Shown here: piece by piece, positions 39,248 through 49,846 of the stretch | Numbering within the stretch: the first letter of the stretch is position 1 | How the letters are laid out: each line of letters begins with the position of its first letter | NCBI GenBank assembly: GCA_963702435.1 | Contig: CAVPCR010000004.1 | Coordinates: forward strand, 384,001-448,000 | Length of the DNA stretch: 64,000 nt | Direction of reading: 5' to 3' | Source of the DNA: Candidatus Eiseniibacteriota bacterium | Lineage (GTDB): Bacteria > Eisenbacteria > RBG-16-71-46 > CAVPCR01 | Translations under genes and position numbers: made by a program | Notes under the pieces: model-generated | What the model saw: only the letters and a program-made list of their open reading frames with translations | Told to the model about the DNA's origin: nothing | Databases searched by the model: none

Positions 39248-40764
39248 GGCTGGTCCTCCTGGAGAGTGGTCTGCGGGGGCGGCGCGTGGTGCGCGGCGAG
39301 TGGATACGGTGCGGGTTTCGGGAGATAGGCCGGCGGGAGGCCGGTGGCGGCGTAATCTTTCATCAGCTGGCGCATCAACGGCGCCATGCCGGACTCGGTC
39401 GGCGGATCCTGATCGCGGGTGGCGAGGGGATCTTCAGGCAGTCGACGCCTGAGGCCGTCAGCGTTACGTGCCTTGTCGAGGGGGTAAAGTTGACAGAGTA
39501 CCGCTCCCGTGCGTTCGTCGACGAGGTGAACCTGAGAGAGGTCCCAGGTGGCGTAGCGCACGGCGACGCGTTCGAGGGTGCGGTAGTGCGCGGGGATCTC
39601 GAAGCGGCATCCCTCGAGCGTCAGGGTGCCGTCGCTACGGCGCTGAGTGCGCCGCACTTCGATCGTGAAGGCGAGGCGCAGCGGCTGGCTGTCGGGGCTC
39701 GATCGGCCGACGTCGGGTCCTTGGAGGTAGCGTTCGACGGGGGACTGGTGGATCTCGGAGTGCACGGTGCGGTTGTACTCCATCTCGGCCCAAGCCTGGG
39801 TGGCCTCGTTGAGAAGCGGCAGCGTCAGGTCGCGCACTCCTTCGAGCATGGCGATCAGCCGTCCTTCGAGCTGGGCCCAGAAGACTTCTTGTTTGGCGTT
39901 CTGGTAGGCGGAGTAGGGCAAGGTCAGGTGATGGAGGATGCCGAGCCGGGCCAGGCCCTGGGTCACCTCGCCAGCCTTCATGGCGGTGCCGTTGTCGCTC
40001 ATCAACGACCTCGGCAACGAGCGCTTCTGAATCGCCTGCGAGAGACCATGCACGAGGTTCTCCGCGTTCTCAGCGTGGTACCATTGCGCGTGACAGACCA
40101 ATCGTGAGCGATCATCGAGGATCGCCAGAACCTGCGGGATCACCCACTCGCCGTCGGGCGTGAGCACCTTCTTCGAGCCGGCGTGGAAGTCGAGATGCCA
40201 AAGCCCGTGGACGTACTCGGCCTCGAAGCTACGCACCTCGCGCTCATCGAGCCGTGCTTCGGCGCGTCGCACCCCGGTGGTGTCGGCGCTGGAGACCCGG
40301 CGCCGCTTCCACAGCCCGTTGGCCTTCATGAACCGACGGACGGTCGAGTACGAGGGTAGCGGCCCGAGGGTCGGATCCGCACCCGCCAGCACTGCGAGGT
40401 TGTCGTAGTGCAGCGCGTAGCTCCAACCGCGGTGGGCCTTGTACAGTTCGTGAATCGCCTGCTTGAGCCCGTCCCCGATCGCGAGCGCCCGGCCGGAGTC
40501 CTTGCGGATCTTGCGCCGAAGCACCCTGACTGGATCGAACCGCTCCCGCTTCGCCTGGTGATACCAACGTTCGATGGTCGACACCCCGAACTGCATCGGT
40601 CGAGCGGTCACGGGGTGGAGCCACTGCTTCTCGGCCAGCTTCCGGAGCTCGCCCTGAAGCTCGCCACGCGCCGGCGGCGCCGCCAGGAGCGGGCCGATCA
40701 CCGAGAAGCGCAGATGCGCCCAGCGTTCGTGGACCGTGAGCTTACGGTTCTCGTCGTCTGCCAT
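39244..40764 (-). CDS. DDE (rve) transposase with Mu-like C-terminal domain
   Basis: 'LWHLDF', 'LDDRSR', 'SDNG', 'AKQE', 'YNRTVHSE', 'DGTLTLEG..FE'. Confidence 0.9.
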   Translation of the reverse strand: MADDENRKLTVHERWAHLRFSVIGPLLAAPPARGELQGELRKLAEKQWLHPVTARPMQFGVSTIERWYHQAKRERFDPVRVLRRKIRKDSGRALAIGDGLKQAIHELYKAHRGWSYALHYDNLAVLAGADPTLGPLPSYSTVRRFMKANGLWKRRRVSSADTTGVRRAEARLDEREVRSFEAEYVHGLWHLDFHAGSKKVLTPDGEWVIPQVLAILDDRSRLVCHAQWYHAENAENLVHGLSQAIQKRSLPRSLMSDNGTAMKAGEVTQGLARLGILHHLTLPYSAYQNAKQEVFWAQLEGRLIAMLEGVRDLTLPLLNEATQAWAEMEYNRTVHSEIHQSPVERYLQGPDVGRSSPDSQPLRLAFTIEVRRTQRRSDGTLTLEGCRFEIPAHYRTLERVAVRYATWDLSQVHLVDERTGAVLCQLYPLDKARNADGLRRRLPEDPLATRDQDPPTESGMAPLMRQLMKDYAATGLPPAYLPKPAPYPLAAHHAPPPQTTLQEDQP

Positions 40765-40821
40765 CGCGTTCGCCTCCCTTTCGGGCGGCCGAGCCTGGCC
40801 GCCGTGATGTGGGAGCGGACG

Positions 40822-41466
40822 CTAATCGCGGTCACCCTCGGCCCGCACCGCGCGTCTTCTGCGGGTGGCCCGCGGGGTCACCCGGCGCCGCACATAGCTT
40901 GCGCATTCCGGCGCCGACGCGGTGGTGATCGGGGAGAGGAATCGCAGGAGGGCGATCAGCCGGGAACGGTCATCGCCAGGGAAGCGACCGAGGAGCACGC
41001 GGGGTAGATCCATCGCGAGCAGGCGTCCGGTGAACCGGCCGCGGGCCACGCTCCAGAACCGGCTACGCGCGAAGGTGGTGCGCCACCACCGGCGCCACCG
41101 GGCCAGGGTCCGGGAGCTCACCCCCAGCCATTGCCGAAGCTGCCGTTGAGCGCGCCCCCGCCCTCGCATCGCCGCCAGGACGACCACCGCCGCGGAGTAA
41201 ACCCGCCGGCCCAAGAAGCGTACCGAAGGTGGCGTCAGCCGCCGCCGGCACCCCTCCACGGCGCAGCACAAGCTCAGTCGGAGGTCATACCGGACCGCCA
41301 ACCGCTCTGGAAGACCCCGCGGCTTACGGGGGTAGTTCGCCTGGTCGACCCTCCCGCCGCACCACCCGCACCCCCCGCGGCGGGCCGCCCGGGCGAGATC
41401 CTGGTCGTACTGAAAAAGGACCTCGTAGAGCCGCTCGTCCCTGAGCAGATCCTGGTACAATCCCAT
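40822..41466 (-). CDS. Transposon accessory protein with Cys motifs and HTH (DUF6431-like)
   Basis: 'CGWCGG', 'SLCC...CRRR.TPPSVRFLGRRVY', 'RTLARWRRWW'. Confidence 0.7.
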   Translation of the reverse strand: MGLYQDLLRDERLYEVLFQYDQDLARAARRGGCGWCGGRVDQANYPRKPRGLPERLAVRYDLRLSLCCAVEGCRRRLTPPSVRFLGRRVYSAAVVVLAAMRGRGRAQRQLRQWLGVSSRTLARWRRWWRTTFARSRFWSVARGRFTGRLLAMDLPRVLLGRFPGDDRSRLIALLRFLSPITTASAPECASYVRRRVTPRATRRRRAVRAEGDRD

Positions 41467-41632
41467 CCTCCTTCGTCTTTGCTGGACTGAAGGAGGAAAC
41501 CCCCTCGGGGCGCTTGAATCAAGCTCCTTGAGGGGGTTCTGCTTGCACTCCCTGATGGCGCCTCGGACGATTCCATCAGTGATCGTGATCCGAAACGCCG
41601 TCCCCGACCATCAACTTTCTTGCTTACGCTGA

Positions 41633-42874
41633 CTGATCGACTGATACGTTGTACATGCCCCAACTGCCAGAGCCGTCCGTCTCGGTCGCCTGGTCAAATC
41701 GGAAGTAGAATGTGCCGCCGGGGACGGTAAACTGGTACTGTCCGTTGGGGTGAGTGTAGTAAAGTTCAGTAAGAAGATACTTCATCGCCCTATTGGTCTG
41801 TGGCCCTGTCACGTTGTCGTAGTCCTGGTAGAGATACCTTCCCAAGATGTCGAAGTCGCGGACGACGCGCACGGGATAAGGATCCACGGTGAAGCCGGTT
41901 TTGCGGGCGCGGATCTCGCCGGTCATCGCGGCGGTGCCGGCAGTGAAGCGGGCTTTGTGATCGGGAAGCTCGGTGATGGTGCCTAAAGATGCCGGGACGA
42001 GCCACCACTCCTCCATGTCGAGGATCGTACCCGGAGGATACTCGTACCAGAAGAGCATGCAGTATCCGCTTGTGACTTGAAAGTATGGGAAGTTAACGGA
42101 ACGGACAGGACCGGCTGTGCAATCACCCTGGTAGCGGGGACTCAGGGATCCGTGGTCACGGGCAGGGGGCTGGGAATGCGGGGGATCGATGCAACAAGGG
42201 TCAGGGCGCTTGTTGACCTGGGGTGCGACGTCTGGTTCGGGGGGAACAGAGACGGTGGGTGGTGGGGGAGTGGTGACGGGGTGGCTTGTGCTATCGCTTC
42301 GAGGTGCACCCTCTGGGTATGCCTGGAGGATGTCGTAGGCAAATGGCGGCGTGGGGGAGGAGGGATCAGGGGCGCGTGGACGGTAACCGTGGATGCAAAC
42401 AGGAAGGGATGCCGCTGCCAGAGGGGTATCGGGAGATGCAGGCCCGTCGGCCGTGCAGGACCACGGACGGATGGGGTTGATGCACTGTGCGCGGATGGTG
42501 TCGCTTCCGCAAGTGGTGGCAACGAAACGCACAGAGAGTTGGAGGGGCGTATGTGGCTTGAATGAACCACGCCAGTGCTTGCCCTTCCGCGTCAAGAGGA
42601 CACCGCCCTCACGCGTCCAGACGGTGCGCGACGTGGTGTCTTGGGGCGCAGCGATAGCTATGCCCGGACAACCGAGTGATGCCAGGGCAAGATCCATTGG
42701 CGCATCAGCGGTAAAGCTCGCAGTTACCGAGACCGTGTCCCCGACGCTAATCTCGGTCTTGGAAGCAGTGAGTTGAACGCGAACGTTCGGAGCAGGCTCT
42801 TGGGGCGCTGCGGAGGTCGAGGAGATTGCCAAAACAAATGCAGCGCAAGCAAGGGCCGGGTTGAGATGCTTCAT
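41633..42874 (-). pseudogene. 5' part of the interrupted secreted metalloprotease
   Basis: AGGAGG RBS, ATG 42874, signal peptide. The frame ends within a few codons of entering the transposon IR. Confidence 0.72.
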
Positions 42875-43038
42875 ATCGGCCTCCTGCCTGCCGGGATGGG
42901 TCCCTGAATGATACTCCTGCGAAGAGCGGGGCAAGAAGAAATTGTGTATCCGCTAAGACGCTGCAACAACGACGGTTGCAATAGGCAGTGAAACGAGCGG
43001 ACCACGAGAGAAGAGACCGAAGGGACCGACCGATCATT

Positions 43039-44293
43039 TCATCCGGCGGCTGTCGGCCGCCAATCCACTCTGGGGAGCACCGAGGATTGTCGGCGAGCTC
43101 GCCAAGATCGGAATCGCCGTGACCAAGGCCACGGTCGAGAAGTACACGCTCGCCAACTGGCATCCCCACCTGCACGTGCTCGCCACCGACGGCGCCTTTC
43201 GGCCCGACGGCACGTTCGTGCCGCTCGGTGTTCACTCGCTCGCGGTGCTGACCGAGGCTTTCCGCCGCGCCGTGCTCCGCGCCTTCGTCCAGCGCGGCCT
43301 GTTCAGCGCCGAGGTGGCCGCCTCCATGCTCGCCTGGCCCCACTCCGGCTTCCATGTCCACAACGCCGTGCGGCTCGATGGGGATGACCTCGGCGGCCTC
43401 TTGCCGCTCGCTCGCTACGCAGCCCGCGCCCCCCTCGCCCTCACCCGCATCACCTACGACGCTGCAAAGCCGCAGGTCCTGGTTGCCTCCGACAAGGCCG
43501 AAGGGCCCACCGCCGGGACGCATGCCTTCGCTCCTCTCGACTTCCTTGCCCAGCTCCTCACCCACATCCCGCGCCAGGGCGAACACCTCGTGCGCTACTA
43601 CGGCGCGTATGCGAGCCGCACCCGCGGCACCTGGCGCCGGCAAGGGATCGGCCCCTGGGTCGAGCGGCAGCGCGGCGAGGGGGACGCGGAGGACGAGCCA
43701 CCGGGTGCACCCCGCGATGCCAACGCTGATCCTGGCGGTGACCCGGTGGTGCCACCTCCGGAACCGCTATCCCCATCGCGGGCCGCGCTCAGGAAGCGCT
43801 GGGCGGAACTCCTCCGTCGCCTCTACGAGGTCGATCCGCTGAGTTGCCCGCGGTGCGGGGGCGAGATGCGGATCATCGCCTTCCTCCTCGATCCACCGGT
43901 GATCGACGCCATCCTCCGCCACCTCCGCCGCGCTGCCTACGACGCGCGGGCCGGCCCGTGGGCGGAGGTGGTTGGGAGCAATGCGGTGGCGGGGGACGCC
44001 GGCCCGGCGGGGTGCGGCTAGCCCGGCCGGCCGCGGCCAGCGCGCGGTTTGGGGTGCTGCCGATCACCATCGGCAGCGCAAGGGGAGAGGTGCGCCCAGC
44101 CGCGACCGGGCGTCGGTCGGCGGGGCCGCATCGCGGTGCGGCGGCCGCGGCCACCCCGCGGCAACGTCGGGCCACGACGCGCAGTCGCCGGTCACGCCAC
44201 GCCGCGGACGCCTCCCGGTCGGTCGCGCGCGCGGCTTGGCTCCCCCTTCTCCTCCTCCTCCCAGGCTATTGACGAAAGGAAATTCCTATCCCT
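43039..44293 (+). mobile_element. 5'-truncated copy B carrying the same rve/IS91 fusion junction as copy A
   Basis: 43039-43144 matches 34767-34872; the IS91 part starts at 43145; ends ...TTCCTATCCCT. Confidence 0.92.
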
Positions 44294-44738
44294 GAGATGC
44301 GGATCATCGCCTTCCTCCTCGATCCACCGGTGATCGACGCCATCCTCCGCCACCTCCGCCGCGCTGCCTACGACGCGCGGGCCGGCCCGTGGGCGGAGGT
44401 GGTTGGGAGCAATGCGGTGGCGGGGGACGCCGGCCCGGCGGGGTGCGGCTAGCCCGGCCGGCCGCGGCCAGCGCGCGGTTGGGGGTGCTGCCGATGATGA
44501 TCGGTTGCGCGAGGGGAGAGGCGCGCCCTGCGGGGATCGGGTGTCGCTCGGCGGGGCCGCTTCGCGGTGCGGCGGCCGCGGCCACCCCGCGGCAACGTCG
44601 GGCCACGACGCGCAGTCGCCGGTCACGCCACGCCGCGGTCGCCTCCCGGTCGGTCGCGCGCACCACCTCGCTCCCCGTTCTCCTCCTCCTCCCGGGCTAT
44701 TGACGAAAGGAAATTCCTATCCCTTATCCCTTATCCCT
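44294..44738 (+). mobile_element. Tandem second 3' end (copy B') from a different allele, ending (TATCCCT)x3
   Basis: Restarts at gagatgcggatcatc (as at 43863); the non-coding part differs at many positions from copy B. Confidence 0.9.
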
Positions 44739-45453
44739 GCGGCCAGAAGGGGCTCGTCGTGATGCCCCAGGTCCTCGCGAACACCTCGGGGAGGACGAGC
44801 ATCGCCATGTCGCAGCGCACCCCGTCGCACTGGTGGGCGATACGGGACAGCTCGCCGAGCATCGCCTCCTGCAAGGCGGGGTTGCCGTAGTTCAACTGGA
44901 AGGTGTCGGGCCAGCCGTCAAAGTAAGGGTCGCGGCCGTACGCGAGGATCCGGTTCCCGGCGCGCGCCCAGTTCTGGGGCTCGGCCGCGAGCTTCGCCTC
45001 GGTCCCGGCCACGAAGTACTCGGCGTGCTCCGCCACCCACCGGTGGTCCGGCGCCATGTGGTTGGGGACGAAATCGAGGATCAGGCGGAGATCGCGGCGC
45101 CGGAGCCTCTCGCGCAGGCGGGCGAGAGCCTGATCACCGCCGAAGTCCTCGTGGACTCGGTAGTCGCGCACCGCGAAGCACGAGCCCGTGACGTCGGCCT
45201 CTGAGAAATCGGGCAGCACCCGCCGATACTCGGCGAGCCACTCGGGCTTCGACCGGGAGACGCGCCGCGCGGCGTCCCCCGTCTGCCAAACGCCGAGGAA
45301 CCAGACGAGGTCGAAGCCGTTCTCGGCCAGTTGGTCGAGCTCCTCATCCGTCACATCGTCGAGCGTCGCCGGGCGGCGGAGCTCCCGCGAGAGCTCCGCC
45401 AGCCTGACGCGCGTGTTGATCTGGAAGAGCGACGGGTACCGTGGTGAGGACAT
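44731..45453 (-). pseudogene. GH13 alpha-amylase-family gene truncated at its 3' end
   Basis: 'LDFVPNH', 'DGVRCDMA'; ends at 'FWPQG*' with the stop supplied by the TATCCCT repeat. Confidence 0.88.
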
Positions 45454-45474
45454 CGCCGCCTCCTGGCACCCGGC

Positions 45475-48217
45475 CTAGCCCCCGCCCACTTGCTGGCGGA
45501 CCAGATCGGTCAGCACCTTCCCCTTCGACTCCCGGAGCACGGTCTCGGCGTCAAGGCGTCCGAACATGTCGAGGAGGCGGGCGACGACGCCCGTCCAGCC
45601 CGTCTGGTGGCTTGCGCCGAGGCCGGCGCCGTTGTCGCCGTGGAAGTACTCGTAGAAGAGGATCAGGTCCCGCCAGTGCGGGTCGGTCTGGAACTTCTCC
45701 GTTCCTCCGTACAGGGGACGGCGGCCGTTCTCGTCACGGAGGAAGATCGACGCGAGGCGCCGCGAGATCTCCTTGGCAACCGCGAAGAGCGTCATCCGCT
45801 TCCCGGACCCCGTCGGGCACTCGACCGTGAAGTCATCGCCGTAGAAGGCATAGAGGTTGAGGAGCGCGCGGACTATCAGAGCGTTCACGGGCATCCAGAT
45901 CGGGCCCCGCCAGTTCGAGTTGCCCCCGAACATCCCGGTGTCCGACTCCGCCGGCACGTACGTCACGTCGTAGCGCTGCCCCGCCACGTCGAAGACGAAC
46001 GGATGGTCCTTGTGGTGCCGCGACAACGACCGGATGCCGTACGGGCTCAGGAACTCGCGCTCGTCGAGCATGTATCCGAGGACGCGCTCGAGCTTCTTGC
46101 GGTTCAGGACGGAGAGGAGACGGCGGTTCGCGTATCCGATGAACCCCTCCTCCGTCGGGGCCACGTGCGCGAGGACCTCGGGGTGCCGCTGCCGGAAGAG
46201 CGCGATCAGATCACGGAGCTTCGGGTAACGTTCGAGAAGATCCCCCTCGAAGACCGTGGACGAGCAGAGGGGCAGGAGCCCCACCAGCGAGCGGATCTTG
46301 AGCCGCATCGCGCCGCCGTCCGGTAGCCGCAAGAGGTCGTAGAAGAAGCCGTCCTCTTCGTCCTACATCTCGTCCTTGTGCTTGCCGGGACGGTCCATGG
46401 CGTACGAGATCCAGATGAAGTGCTGGAGGAAGCGGTAGGCGTGCTCCTCGTACACCGGGTCCTCCTCGGCGAGGACAAGGGCGGTCTCGAGCATGTTCTG
46501 GCAGTAGAAGGCCATCCAGGCGGTCCCGTCCGCCTGCTCGAGGGACCCTCCCGTGGGGAGCGGCGCACTCCGATCGAAGATGCCGATGTTGTCGAGGCCG
46601 AGGAACCCGCCCGCGAAGACGTTCCGCCCGTCGGGATCCTTCCGGTTCAACCACCAGTTGAAGTTCATCAGCAACCCCTGGAAGGCGCGCTCGAGAAAGA
46701 TGACATCGGCGCGCCCGAGGTTCTGCTCGATCTGGTAGAGGAAGAGCGTCGCCCAGGCGTGAACCGGAGGGTTCACGTCGCTGAAGTTCCACTCGTAGGC
46801 GGGGATCTGCCCGTTCGGGTGAGCGTAGAGGCTCTGGAGCATCAGGAGGAGCTGTTCCTTGGCGAAGTCGAAGTCGACGAGCGCGAGCGACACGGTGTGG
46901 AATGCGAGATCCCATGCCGCGTACCACGGGTACTCCCACTTGTCGGGCATCGAGATCACGTCGCCGTTGAACATGTGGAACCACTCGGAGTTCCGGACTG
47001 AGCCCGGCCGGCTCCCGAGGAGCGGGTGCGCGTCGTGCTCGCCGAGCCACCGATCGACATCATAGAGATAGAACTGCTTCGACCAGAGCATCCCGGCGAG
47101 CGCCTGGCGGTGGACCCGCCGCTCGTCCTCGGTCAGCGTGCGAGGAGTGATCTTCTCGTAGAACTCGTCGGCGTCGGCGATCCGCGCCTCGACCGTCTCG
47201 TCGAAGCCCTTCCCGAAGTGGACCGCGGGGAGCACCGCTGCGAGGCGGAGCCGGACGACCTGGCACCCGCCCGCCGGCACGTCGAGCACGTACCGGGCTG
47301 CGGCCTTGGTGCCGGTCCGCGCGGGATTCACCGCAGCCGTCTCCCCGCCGACGACATAGCGGTGGAACGCGTCCTTCACGAACGGGGACGGATTGGGCTG
47401 TCCCCATAGGCGCTCGTTGTTCGTCTCGTTCTCAGTGAAGAGGAACTCCGGCTCGCCGTCACAGGCCAGCGTGTACGCGCCCAGCTCGGGATGCTCGACG
47501 CGGATCTTGACCGGCCCATCGGCCGCAAGCCGCGGCCGTTGCGCACCGGCGTCCCACGACCACGTGTTGCGGAACCAGAGCGTCGGGAGGAGGTGCAGGC
47601 GCGCCGGCTCGGGGCCGCGGTTGTGAACGGTGACGCGGATCAGGAGATCCTCCGGACCCTCCTTGGCGTACTCGAGGATGACGTCGAAGTAGCGATCCTC
47701 GTGGAACGCCCCGGTGTCGATCAGCTCGTACTCCATCTCCTGGCGCGAGCGACCGCGGTTGGTCTCGACCAGGTCCCGGTAGGGGAACTCCCGCTGCGGG
47801 TACTTGTAGATGGACTTCATGTAGGAGTGCGTCTGGGGTCGAGTCGACGTAGAAGTAGTACTCCTTGACGTCCTCGCCGTGATTCGCCTCGCTGTTCGTC
47901 AGGCCGAAGAACCGCTCCTTGAGAATCGGGTCCTTCTCGTTCCAGAGAGCGAGGGCGAAGCAGAGGCGCTGCTTGTCGTCCGCGATCCCGCCGATGCCGT
48001 CCTCGCCCCACCGGTAGGCGCGCGAGCGCGACTGGTCGTGGGTGAAGTAGTCCCAGGCGTTGCCGTCCGCGCTGTAGTCCTCGCGGACGGTCCCCCACTG
48101 CCTCTCCGAGAGGTACGGCCCCCACTTCTTCCAGGGGATCCCCTCCTCGCGGGCGTCATTCAGTCGCTTCTGTTCGATGCACTCGGTCAAACCTGCAGGT
48201 CGCGGAGAGCGGTTCAT
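45475..48217 (-). pseudogene. GH63/MGH1-like glucosidase, disrupted
   Basis: '[18 protein letters not shown]', 'MPDKWEYPW', 'GASHQTGWT'. +1 frameshift near 47834 and TAG at 46363-46365 where Trp is expected (EM*DEEDGFFYD). Confidence 0.88.
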
Positions 48218-48591
48218 AGGTCGCTCCTCATCTCGACGCCGCCATCGGGTCTCGGCGGCGCGACCAGTACTTCGAGCGTCCCCCCGCAGCCGGCGGCCAT
48301 CGAATAGTCAGGGTACTCCGTTGCGGCCGCCGCGCAAGCCGTGTTCCCGGTGGCGGCGGTCTTGACCGCGCTCGGGTTCGACGTGCTCGTCGTCGCCCGG
48401 CGTGCCCGGGCCGACACGAGCACCTGGTGTCGAACGTCAGTTAGCGAGTCGATGACACAATCTTTGCCTTCTTGTCCGGCACTTCATCCCGCACCATGCT
48501 ACGATGCTCGTGTCTTGGGGCGCGTAGTCATCACTGCGTGCGGGTTCGCGATGCACACTAAATTGGAGTTCCACAGCCTGGGAGAAACACG

Positions 48592-49341
48592 ATGAAGACA
48601 CTGCCAACTTGCCTCCTCGTTGCGATCTCCGTGCTCGGCCTGGCCTCGCTGGCGGCAGCCCAGCAGACCCCGCGGCTGAACGAGATAGTAAGGAACGACG
48701 TCAGCACCGATGACCGCGAGTTCGTCGAGATCTGCGCCGAGCCAGGCACGAGCCTCGTCGACTACTGGATCATCGAGATCGAGGGTGAAGGGACCACCGG
48801 CAAGGGCCTGATCGACAAGGCGATCCGTCTTACCGGTACGGTCGGCGCGAGCGGGCTCTACACGATCGGCATGCCTCTGGTGACCTGCGCCGACCAGACG
48901 GACGCGCTCACGATCGAGAACGGCGGCGTCACAATTCTCCTGGTTCAGGGATTCACGGGTGCCGTCGGCACCGACCTCGACACCAACGACGACTGCGTCG
49001 CCGATGTTCCGTTCCCCGGGACCATCGTCGACGGCGTCGGCATGGGCATGCCGAGCGCCGGCGACTGCTACACCTACTACGGAGTACCGGGGTTCGGACC
49101 TGACACCGGCTCCGGCGGCACCGGCGACTTCGACCCAGCGGGGCTCGCCCGCTGCCAGGACTGCACGGGCAACTGGGGCATGATCTGCCTCGATGGGACC
49201 GAGGGCACCCTGTTCTGCTTCGCCAACAACCCGCAAGGGCTTTACAGCGTGGATGCGGCCTCGCCCTGCGCCCGCAACCTCTGCGGCGCGGTCCCCGTCG
49301 AGAACACGACCTGGGGTGCGATCAAGAACACGTACAAGTAG
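48592..49341 (+). CDS. Secreted Cys-rich protein (lamin-tail-like N-terminus) with C-terminal 'TWGAIK' motif
   Basis: GGAG RBS; signal peptide; 'LNEI...D.REFVEI'; ends 'VPVENTTWGAIKNTYK'. Confidence 0.75.
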   Translation: MKTLPTCLLVAISVLGLASLAAAQQTPRLNEIVRNDVSTDDREFVEICAEPGTSLVDYWIIEIEGEGTTGKGLIDKAIRLTGTVGASGLYTIGMPLVTCADQTDALTIENGGVTILLVQGFTGAVGTDLDTNDDCVADVPFPGTIVDGVGMGMPSAGDCYTYYGVPGFGPDTGSGGTGDFDPAGLARCQDCTGNWGMICLDGTEGTLFCFANNPQGLYSVDAASPCARNLCGAVPVENTTWGAIKNTYK

Positions 49342-49378
49342 GCAAGCAGAGGGCGCTCGATAGAGATGCGCACGAACG

Positions 49379-49413
49379 CGCAGCCCCGGCGGAGACCCTC
49401 CGCCGGGGCTGCG
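49379..49413. terminator. 16-bp perfect GC hairpin after the gene (terminator-like, no U-tract)
   Basis: cgcagccccggcggag-acc-ctccgccggggctgcg. Confidence 0.6.
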
Positions 49414-49846
49414 TGCTGTACGAGGACCGCACGAGTGTTTCGCCCGAGCAACCCGCCGCCATCGATGGCATCGCCACGGACATGTGCCCGCCCTACATCG
49501 AGTCGACCAAGGCGTAGGTGCCGGATCCCGCGAAGAAGAGCGTTCTGGCCATCGCGCGGGTACCGCAACCGGGCTCGGTTCCGCAACGCGATCCTCTTCC
49601 ATCCCGGAGACCTCGAGCTACATCCACGCCCCGCGGAAGTCATCCGATGAACTCACCCGCACGAAAGCTGGAAGAGCCCCATTTAATGTCATCCTCGCAT
49701 GAGATTCACGCTCCTATCGCACGCCGCCGCTAGCGTCATTCCCGGCAAGCGGAGGTGCCCCGAGTCCGGATGCTCGCGGCCGCGCGAGGGCCAGGCTCTC
49801 GGCTCCGCCTCCATCATGAGCAGGAACGTGGACAAGGGGGTATGTG

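Larger units (their letters stand above)
38351..41634 (-). mobile_element. Three-gene DDE/ATPase transposon (IS21/Mu-like organisation)
   Basis: Imperfect terminal IRs TGTGAGCGT-N11-TTGATGG and CCATCAA-N11-ACGCTGACT; encloses three co-oriented ORFs; splits a gene. Confidence 0.85.

Noticed and set aside
46363..46365. Recoded TAG (pyrrolysine/readthrough) in the glucosidase
   Set aside because: The position corresponds to an expected Trp (TGG to TAG), the gene also has a frameshift, and TAG is used as a normal stop elsewhere in the window.
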